DNA of 24,444 nucleotides from positions 1-24,444 of the forward strand of contig JAWOBN010000074.1 of assembly GCA_046484245.1 (NCBI GenBank), written 5' to 3'. Of the stretch, positions 17,829-24,444 are shown piece by piece. Origin of the DNA: a bacterium. GTDB taxonomy: Bacteria > Hydrothermota > 32-111. A program made the translations under genes and the position numbers. The notes beneath the pieces were generated by a model. It was not told the DNA's origin and did not search any database. It saw only the letters and a list, made by a program, of their open reading frames with translations. How positions within the stretch are numbered: the stretch's first letter is position 1; every line of letters begins with the position of its first letter.

Positions 17829-19943
17829 TCAATATTCATTATTATAATTTTCATATTCATACGGCGATACCTCATCCCTTGAGTGCTTTGTGCATTTTTC
17901 AGTCGGCTCCCTGCCTATCTTGAATATCTCCTCATTTATCTCCCTGCAGTACTTTGTAGGCAGCATGCCCGATGACCTGCACACCCTCACCTTGATGATA
18001 CTGTCTGTCGGCGGGAAGGACAATGTGTCTGAATTATCAATAAACGGTTTAATGATATGTGCCCATATCGGGAGTGCCACACTGGCACCCGTAGCCTTCT
18101 CGCCTATTGTCCTCAATTCATCATAACCCACCCAAACTCCGCAAGTTATGTCCTTTGTGAACCCAACAAACCATGCATTGGAATAATCATCCGTTGTGCC
18201 TGTCTTGCCCCCTGCATTGGCTTTTACGCCGAGCCATTTCATGCCGCTGCCTGTTCCCTCTTCAGCAACTGTCTCCAGCATACTGGTCACTATGTAAGCA
18301 TCATCATCATCAAGCACCCGTTTGTTGATATTGCGGGGCTTGTACACAATATTGCCCTCACTGTCCTCAATATACCTTATCATTGATATATCCTTCATCA
18401 CACCGTAATTGGGGAAAACGGAAAACGCCCTAGTCATTTCAAAGAGTGTCACCTCACAGCTGCCCAGGGCAAGTGAGAATACGGGAATCAGTTTGGTTGA
18501 TATGCCCAGTTTGCGGGCGAACTGCACAACTGTCTCGGGACCTATGTTCTGAATAAGCCTCACAGCAGTGACATTCCTTGATTTTGCCAATGCTGTTCTG
18601 AGCGGTATGGGGCCCATGAATGTCTCATCATAATTGTGCGGTTTATACGGCTCATCTGTTCCATCATCCAGTACAACAGGTGTGTCCATGATAATGTCAG
18701 CCGGATTCATGCCATTTTCTATTGCTGCTGCAAATAGGAATATCTTGAATATTGACCCGGGCTGACGGGGTGCCTGATAGACCCTGTTGTATTCACTGTC
18801 TTCAAAATCCCTGCCGCCGACAAGCGTTTTCACTCCGCCGGTATTGTTGTCAATAATAATCGTGGCACTCTGAAGATAAGGTATAACGGTCATTTCAGCC
18901 CGCTCTTCTTCACTGAGGGAATCATAATCCTCTTTTGTCACCTCTACCTCATCATACCGCTTCTCATATCTTCTGAGCTGTCTCTCTGTAATTTCCTCTG
19001 CCTGTTTCTGCATCTCTATATTGAGTGTTGTATATATCTTGAGCCCTCCCCTGTAGAGTGCATCATAGCCGAATCTTGATATAACCTGTTTGCGGACCTC
19101 TTCCACAAAATACTTGCCCGGTATATCCTCCTTCTTCTTCTCACTCAGTTCAATCTCACTGTTTACAGCATCCTGATACTGCTTTTTGGTGATATATCCC
19201 TGTTCAAGCATATTGGCAAGGCATATTGTCTGTCTCCTCTTGGCATTCTCCGGGTATCTGAACGGATTGTAGAACTCGGGCAGATTGGGAATACCTGCAA
19301 GCATGGCTGCTTCAGCCAGATTCAGTTCGCGGGCACTCTTGGAGAAATACACATTGGATGCCGCCTCTATGCCGTATGCCCCATTCCCGTAATTGATCTG
19401 ATTGAAGTACATCTCCAGTATCTCATCCTTGGAGAAACTCTTCTCCAGTTTAACGGATATCATTGCCTCCTTGATCTTCCTGACAAATGATTTGTCCAGT
19501 GTGAGGAACATGTTGCGTGCAAGCTGCTGTGTTATTGTGGAGCCGCCCTGTTCAATCCTGCCTGCCTGTATATCCTTTATCAATGCTGCTGCAATGCGGA
19601 AGAGGTTGATGCCCCAGTGGGAGCGGAACCTCTGGTCCTCCAGTGCCACTGTTGCGTCAATTGCATATGCGGGAATCTCCTTGAGTTTTACGGGTATGCG
19701 TTTCTCCAGGAAGAATTCGGTTATCTTCTTATTGTTTGTATCATAAACAATAGTAGCCTGTGCCGGCCTGTACAGTATCATATCAGTAACAGTGGGTATT
19801 TCCCTCTGCAGATTGACATACAGTGTAAGTCCCCCTGCCAGTCCTGTAAATATTATTATAAATACAATCAATGCAATATAAAATGACAATCGGTTTGTCC
19901 ACTTCTTTACTGCAGTGTTGCCCTTCTTTCTGTTTTTTCTCAT
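17829..19943 (-). CDS. mrcA: Class A penicillin-binding protein (PBP1A family)
   Basis: Transglycosylase motifs EDQRFRSHWG, GGSTITQQL, RKIKE, KDEILEMYFN; transpeptidase motifs GSIFK, SRN, GKTGT; Cys-containing C-terminal tail. Confidence 0.93.
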   Translation of the reverse strand: MRKNRKKGNTAVKKWTNRLSFYIALIVFIIIFTGLAGGLTLYVNLQREIPTVTDMILYRPAQATIVYDTNNKKITEFFLEKRIPVKLKEIPAYAIDATVALEDQRFRSHWGINLFRIAAALIKDIQAGRIEQGGSTITQQLARNMFLTLDKSFVRKIKEAMISVKLEKSFSKDEILEMYFNQINYGNGAYGIEAASNVYFSKSARELNLAEAAMLAGIPNLPEFYNPFRYPENAKRRQTICLANMLEQGYITKKQYQDAVNSEIELSEKKKEDIPGKYFVEEVRKQVISRFGYDALYRGGLKIYTTLNIEMQKQAEEITERQLRRYEKRYDEVEVTKEDYDSLSEEERAEMTVIPYLQSATIIIDNNTGGVKTLVGGRDFEDSEYNRVYQAPRQPGSIFKIFLFAAAIENGMNPADIIMDTPVVLDDGTDEPYKPHNYDETFMGPIPLRTALAKSRNVTAVRLIQNIGPETVVQFARKLGISTKLIPVFSLALGSCEVTLFEMTRAFSVFPNYGVMKDISMIRYIEDSEGNIVYKPRNINKRVLDDDDAYIVTSMLETVAEEGTGSGMKWLGVKANAGGKTGTTDDYSNAWFVGFTKDITCGVWVGYDELRTIGEKATGASVALPIWAHIIKPFIDNSDTLSFPPTDSIIKVRVCRSSGMLPTKYCREINEEIFKIGREPTEKCTKHSRDEVSPYEYENYNNEY

Positions 19944-19951
19944 AGTTTTAT

Positions 19952-19980
19952 AATATAATATCTATTCATACATAAGTCAA
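19952..19980 (-). promoter_or_regulatory. Putative promoter of the PBP1A operon (near-leaderless)
   Basis: TTGACT (19980-19975), 17 bp, TATATT (19957-19952), 8 nt, ATG 19943; no SD sequence. Confidence 0.55.
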
Positions 19981-20023
19981 TATAAAATAATTACCGGGGA
20001 TCTGTCGGATGCTGTTCAATACC

Positions 20024-20863
20024 CTACTGTGCTTTATCCTCATTGCTGCTGATTATTATTCTGCTGATGCTTGACTGGCTGTAGCTGAGCAGTCTGGCTA
20101 TTTGAGCATTGCGCAGATGATGCCTGTGAAGCTCCATGATTATCTGCTTATTGATCTGATCTTTTTTATTCCATTTATTGAAATGTATATCACTCATTGA
20201 GATTTTGTGACTCTTGAGAATATCTTTGAGTATTGCTTTGGCCCTTTCATCCTCTGCTCTTCTGTCATGACTCTTTTTGTATATCCTGTTATCCTGTCTC
20301 TTGTTTATTGTAAGGAACTGTGACTTCTCACCTATGAACTGATACTTGCTGTTGTATATCTCACTGTAATCAAAGAGATCCGGATTGTCAAACTGCAGTT
20401 TCTTTATATCAACCCTCCCGCTGTGTCCATTGTAAATACTTGCACTGGAGAACCTGTATTGGCCGGGGCTTGTGACAATGCCCGCCCGCACTGGATTATT
20501 GTGCGTATAGACATAAACAGTGTATAGATACTTGATATTGGTAATTATGGGGGATTTGAATCTCCCTGCAAAGACCCTGCCGAAGAGATCGCGTTTTCTA
20601 TTTACATACATTGCATAACGCGTATTGAGGGGTTTGAAGAGCATATCCAATGGGTCGCTGATTATCCTCACAAGCATATGGTAATGCGTATTCATGCAGC
20701 AGTAAGCAGACACCTCAATATCTGTCTTCTTCATAGCTTCATTCAAATAATGCTCAAAGACATACATGTCTTTATTATTGAAAAACAGGGGATTACCCCT
20801 CTGACCCCTTGCAATTATATGATAATAATAACCGGGTATATTGACCCTCGCTGTCCGTCCCAT
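20024..20863 (-). CDS. RAYT / TnpA-Y1 (IS200-like HUH tyrosine transposase) with C-terminal HTH
   Basis: YYHIIARG..LF..D, AYCCMNTHYHMLV (HUH), GRVFAGRFKS, YTHNNPVRAG (catalytic Tyr), YRFSS; C-terminal AQIARLLSYSQSSISRII. Confidence 0.9.
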   Translation of the reverse strand: MGRTARVNIPGYYYHIIARGQRGNPLFFNNKDMYVFEHYLNEAMKKTDIEVSAYCCMNTHYHMLVRIISDPLDMLFKPLNTRYAMYVNRKRDLFGRVFAGRFKSPIITNIKYLYTVYVYTHNNPVRAGIVTSPGQYRFSSASIYNGHSGRVDIKKLQFDNPDLFDYSEIYNSKYQFIGEKSQFLTINKRQDNRIYKKSHDRRAEDERAKAILKDILKSHKISMSDIHFNKWNKKDQINKQIIMELHRHHLRNAQIARLLSYSQSSISRIIISSNEDKAQ

Positions 20864-20921
20864 ATTTTATTTATATATTATATCATTACATTTGTCAAGC
20901 CCCTTCTTCAAGTCCTCCGGA

Positions 20922-21136
20922 CACGGGGACGGTCCTTCGATTTGTTGATTCTTCTCCTCAAATGCACTAAAACCTGCTCAAATCACCAAAATTATAATAA
21001 AAGCATATGTAAGGTATACAATAACATGCTTTAAGTCCGGGTTTGGACTGCCCCATAAATTGATATATAACTAAACTTATGTTGCATTTATGGGGATTGG
21101 TGAGAAAACGGGACAAATCGAAGGACCGTCCCCGTG
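20922..21136. repeat. 215-bp REPIN/MITE-like element bounded by a perfect 24-bp inverted repeat
   Basis: CACGGGGACGGTCCTTCGATTTGT (20922-20945) and its exact reverse complement ACAAATCGAAGGACCGTCCCCGTG (21113-21136), with a 167-bp spacer; the left arm starts 58 bp upstream of the RAYT start. Confidence 0.85.
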
Positions 21137-21144
21137 CGTGAGCA

Positions 21145-21173
21145 TTGATTTTATTTTTATCCTGGACTATAAT
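21145..21173 (+). promoter_or_regulatory. sigma70-type promoter of the DUF523 gene, leaderless geometry
   Basis: TTGATT (21145-21150), 17 bp, TATAAT (21168-21173), 6 nt, ATG 21180. Confidence 0.7.
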
Positions 21174-21179
21174 CATATA

Positions 21180-21599
21180 ATGAGGATTATTATGGTCTCA
21201 GCATGTCTGCTCGGAATAGAGACGCGGTATGACGGCAGGTCAAAGCCGCTCTTTGAAGCTGGCGGAGATGACGCTGTCATTCCATTCTGCCCTGAGCAGT
21301 TCGGTTCAATGAAAACACCCAGACCCAAAGCAACACTTTTATGCTCTGCATGTGATATTGTCAGAACAGGGGCAGGGGTTATTGACAAAAACGGCACGGA
21401 TGTATCAGGGCAATTCATAACAGGTGCCCGGAGGTCTCTCGGGTTGGCAAAATCAGCAAAGCCCGATCTTATTCTGCTGAAGGAATACTCGCCGTCATGC
21501 GGCCTGAATTTCACCAATATCAAATGGGAAAGAAAAAGAGGTATGGGCATTGCCGCATACCTCTTTTATGAGAGTGGTTTCAATCTTGATTCTATGTGA
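21180..21599 (+). CDS. DUF523 family protein (TudS-like thiouracil desulfidase, Fe-S)
   Basis: VSACLLG..TRYDG, FCPEQ.G...PR, LKEYSPSCG, GMGIAA. Start moved from 21090 (which runs through the inverted repeat) to ATG 21180. Confidence 0.88.
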   Translation: MRIIMVSACLLGIETRYDGRSKPLFEAGGDDAVIPFCPEQFGSMKTPRPKATLLCSACDIVRTGAGVIDKNGTDVSGQFITGARRSLGLAKSAKPDLILLKEYSPSCGLNFTNIKWERKRGMGIAAYLFYESGFNLDSM

Positions 21600-22709
21600 T
21601 TATTTGAGTCTCAGGGGCATTATCAGATAGAGTGATTCCTCACCTATCTTATTCTCCTCATTCTCTATAATAACAGCAGACATCTCTGTCTTCATCTTCA
21701 TCTTCAATTTATCCGTCTCAACCTTCTTGACAATCTCCATGAGATAGGAATTGTTGAACCCTATGACAAATCCGTCTTCATCAGTGTATTCGCATTCCAT
21801 CTCCTCTGTGCCCTCACCTGTCTGTGACTGATAGGCATTGACCATTAATTTATTCTCACTGAATGAGAGTTTGACGAGTTTGGTATTGGGGTTGGTGAAT
21901 ATATTTACCCTGTTGAGAACATCAAGGAGCTTGTTCTTGTCAGTTACCATCATCTTATTATTGTCATTGGGTATGACTCTCTTGTAATCAGGGTATGTCC
22001 CTTCAATGAGTTTGGCTGATATCTCTGTTTCATCAATCTTGAACATAATGCGCTTCTCATCAAAACCAATGGCAAATGTATCCTTGTCAGCAATAAGCGA
22101 CTTCAGGATATTGAGGGCTTTTGGGGGCACTATTACGCTCTTGGTCAGTGTCTGCTGGAATATATCCTTTATTCTGTAAACAGATAATCTGTGACCGTCT
22201 GTGCCTATCATTGCAAGCTCCTTCCCATTTGCCTCAAAGAGCACACCTGTTATTGCAATCTTCACAGCATCCTTCGACACAGCAAAGAGTGTATTCTCAA
22301 TTGCATTTACAACAGGCAGTGATTCAATGGAGAACATCTTGGAATCCTCTATTCCCACAATTTCCACATACTGGTCTCTCTCTGTCAGGGGCAGTGAATA
22401 ATGCCCTGATCCGCAGTCAATATTAAGTGTGTTTTCCTCAACAGTGAAATCCAGCATTCCGTCCGGCAGACGCTTTATCAGTTCAGATATTGTCTTGGCA
22501 TTGACCACAATAGTGCCGTTTGTTTCAATTGTTGCCTCCATCTCCGACTGCATTGTAATTTCAAAATCTGTTGATGAGAAGAGGAGTTTGTCATCCTTAG
22601 CCTCAATCATGATATTGGCAATTACCGTAACAACGGGTTTGGAAGGAACTATGCTGGCTACTGAGACCAAGTGATTCTGAAAATCCTTCTTATCCACTCT
22701 GAATTTCAT
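21600..22709 (-). CDS. dnaN: DNA polymerase III beta sliding clamp
   Basis: STDFEI, GTDGHRL, IVPPKAL, LIEGTYPDYKRVIP, GFNNSYL, LIMPLRL; SD AGGAGG. Confidence 0.98.
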   Translation of the reverse strand: MKFRVDKKDFQNHLVSVASIVPSKPVVTVIANIMIEAKDDKLLFSSTDFEITMQSEMEATIETNGTIVVNAKTISELIKRLPDGMLDFTVEENTLNIDCGSGHYSLPLTERDQYVEIVGIEDSKMFSIESLPVVNAIENTLFAVSKDAVKIAITGVLFEANGKELAMIGTDGHRLSVYRIKDIFQQTLTKSVIVPPKALNILKSLIADKDTFAIGFDEKRIMFKIDETEISAKLIEGTYPDYKRVIPNDNNKMMVTDKNKLLDVLNRVNIFTNPNTKLVKLSFSENKLMVNAYQSQTGEGTEEMECEYTDEDGFVIGFNNSYLMEIVKKVETDKLKMKMKTEMSAVIIENEENKIGEESLYLIMPLRLK

Positions 22710-22902
22710 CAGTCCTCCTTTCTTATTACTAATAGTAGTATTTAATTAGTAGTAATAGTAGTGTATGTGCATATGTTTATAACTCTATAAATTATAGTAT
22801 AATCTTCAATTAAAATCAACTGCATTGTCAACAAAATGTTGATTGGTGTTTACGAATGGGTATAAAAAAACAGTTATACACATAATCATTGACTAATCCA
22901 CA
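22710..22902. other. oriC: oriC unwinding sub-region (DnaA boxes, DnaA-trios, AT-rich)
   Basis: Trios TAG TAG TAA TAG TAG (22747-22761) next to tandem boxes TGTGCATAT/TGTTTATAA (22766-22782); consensus box TTATACACA at 22874-22882; near-consensus boxes at 22825-22833, 22857-22865 and 22894-22902. Confidence 0.85.
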
Positions 22903-24230
22903 TTTAATAAACTGTTTATCCGCGATATATCACCGGCAATAATCTGATTGTCTGCCTTGAGTGATTCTATTTTCTTGAGAGCGTGTATTACTGTGGAATG
23001 GTCCTTCCTGTTGACCTTTGCAGCAATATCCTTGAGAGAGAGGTCTGTGTATGTGCGTATGAGATATATTGCAATCTGCCTCGGCACAACAATGGACTTT
23101 GTTCTCTTTTTGGAGCGTATCTGCTTGGGTGTTATCTTGAAGTACTTTGCCACTGTATTGATTATCTCATCAGGTGAAATGGCAATACGGGATACATTGT
23201 GATCATAATTCACATCGGACATATCAAGTATTATCTCACGCGCCAGATTGATATCAATATCCCTCTGTGACAATGTGGCTTTTGCAAGGAGCTTGAGCAG
23301 CACGCCTTCAAGCAGCCTCACATTCTCCTTTATATTATTGGCAATATAATTGAGTATGTCCTCATTGATATTGAGGCTCTCATTCTCAACCTTCTTTCTC
23401 AAAATAGCAAGCCGCGTCTCAAAATCGGGCTTCTTCAGATCAACAACAAGCCCCCAGTGAAAACGCGTGACAAGCCGCTCCTCAAGATTGGGGATCTCCC
23501 TGGGCAGCCTGTCTGCTGTGAGCACTATCTGATTATTGGCATTGTACAGGTCATTGAATGTATTGAACATCTCCTCCTGCAGTTTCTCTTTGTCCTTGAG
23601 AAAATGTATGTCATCAAGAAGCAGCACATCAAGCTGCCTGTATTTATTCTTGAACTCCAGTGTCTTCCTTGTGGAGATTGCCTTGATGAACTCATTCATG
23701 AATGACTCTGTTGATATATACATGATCTTCATTGCAGGGTCGCGCTCTTTGATGGCATGGCCTATTGCCTGAATGAGATGCGTCTTGCCCAGACCGCTTG
23801 CACCGTAAATAAATAGCGGATTATACTGGTCTCCGGGGGACTGTGCAACCGAACTGGCTGCAGCATGGGCAAACTGATTGGAATTGCCGACAACAAAATT
23901 GTCAAATGTGTATCTCTTTACAAGATTGCTGTTATCCACCTCATATTCACTCGTATCCTTGTATATGTTGATACTGTCGGGTATATCGTGCATCTTCTGC
24001 GGTGTGATTCTTATCTGGGGATTCTCATCTGTTATGGATTTAACTGCACCCAGCAGTTTGTGAAAGAGCTTGTCCTCTATCCAGTCCTTGATAACCTGAT
24101 TGGGAACAGTGAATTCAATGATATTGCCATTGTAGGATTTGATATGTATCTTGTCAAACCAGTTCTTATAGTCCGACTCCTCGCAATTTTCCACAAGATA
24201 TTTATGCAGGCTGTCTTCAAGTCTTTTCAT
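22893..24230 (-). CDS. dnaA: Chromosomal replication initiator DnaA
   Basis: YTFDNFVVGNSN, YNPLFIYGASGLGKTHL, LLLDDIHFL, RLVTRFHWGL, NVRLLEG, PRQIAIYL, KDHSTVIHA. Confidence 0.99.
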   Translation of the reverse strand: MKRLEDSLHKYLVENCEESDYKNWFDKIHIKSYNGNIIEFTVPNQVIKDWIEDKLFHKLLGAVKSITDENPQIRITPQKMHDIPDSINIYKDTSEYEVDNSNLVKRYTFDNFVVGNSNQFAHAAASSVAQSPGDQYNPLFIYGASGLGKTHLIQAIGHAIKERDPAMKIMYISTESFMNEFIKAISTRKTLEFKNKYRQLDVLLLDDIHFLKDKEKLQEEMFNTFNDLYNANNQIVLTADRLPREIPNLEERLVTRFHWGLVVDLKKPDFETRLAILRKKVENESLNINEDILNYIANNIKENVRLLEGVLLKLLAKATLSQRDIDINLAREIILDMSDVNYDHNVSRIAISPDEIINTVAKYFKITPKQIRSKKRTKSIVVPRQIAIYLIRTYTDLSLKDIAAKVNRKDHSTVIHALKKIESLKADNQIIAGDISRINSLLNVD

Positions 24231-24402
24231 AGGATATCAACACCAAGCTCTAAAATACCGCAGGATAATGAAGTTTTCCACAAAACTGTCCACATGCGCA
24301 TAACTGCTCTAAGTCCTGCTATTTTATTTGTTGAGATGTTTTTCAACAGAATTATCCACATCCTTTTTTCTCCTGATGATTTTTTCCCCAATATTATCCA
24401 CA
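24187..24402. promoter_or_regulatory. DnaA-box cluster upstream of dnaA (second oriC part / autoregulation)
   Basis: TTATCCACA at 24352-24360 and 24394-24402; TTTTCCACA at 24274-24282 and 24187-24195; near matches at 24286-24294, 24295-24303, 24340-24348 and 24382-24390. Confidence 0.88.
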
Positions 24403-24444
24403 TTGATGAAGAGCCTGAACAGGGTGATTTATTTTATCAGAAAA

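Noticed and set aside
19995..20006. CGGGGATCTGTC downstream of the RAYT gene as a degenerate copy of the inverted repeat
   Set aside because: Only 6 contiguous bases match the 24-mer, which cannot be distinguished from chance without homologous loci.
20983..21103. tRNA or tmRNA call for the cloverleaf-like structure
   Set aside because: No TTCRA T-loop, D-loop GG or CCA end, and arm lengths do not fit.
20967..21179. 69-aa minus ORF and the N-terminal extension of DUF523 from 21090
   Set aside because: Both run through the inverted-repeat element and the DUF523 promoter; DUF523 homology starts at Met 21180.
337..24063. Numerous short ORFs in the track antisense to or overlapping real genes (e.g. 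17107..17751, 9536..9958, 14142..14603, 15351..15737)
   Set aside because: They are shadow frames of well-supported genes with no motifs or translation signals.

Overview
Bacterial chromosome origin region. dnaA-dnaN (minus strand) are flanked by DnaA-box clusters, with a B. subtilis-like basal unwinding site (tandem DnaA boxes plus DnaA-trios) between the two genes. Going leftward: a head-on DUF523/TudS-like gene, a 215-bp element bounded by a perfect 24-bp inverted repeat, a RAYT/TnpA-Y1 HUH transposase-like gene, and a long minus-strand run (PBP1A, OmpA/MotB-like, PP-loop tRNA thiolase-like, DUF5683-like, rsmG, two perfect parS sites, parA, parB, three M42 peptidases, M23 peptidase, bactofilin, site-2 protease, lipoprotein, rubrerythrin) ending at an intrinsic terminator. 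A plus-strand block encodes an HTH+GHKL-like protein, a small secreted protein and a 1295-aa secreted protein. The 1295-aa protein has two apparently circularly permuted lamin-tail domains, one canonical copy and a T9SS-like C-terminal domain. At the left end are a transpeptidase-only PBP and an RqcH/NFACT gene that the ORF track missed; the rqcH frame runs into compositionally foreign DNA at about 1-270. Other notable patterns are repeated leaderless-type sigma70 promoters and strong TCGA avoidance. The gene content suggests an anaerobic diderm from a poorly characterised FCB-adjacent lineage such as WOR-3/TA06 (inference only). All family calls come from motif recognition by eye; no searches were run.
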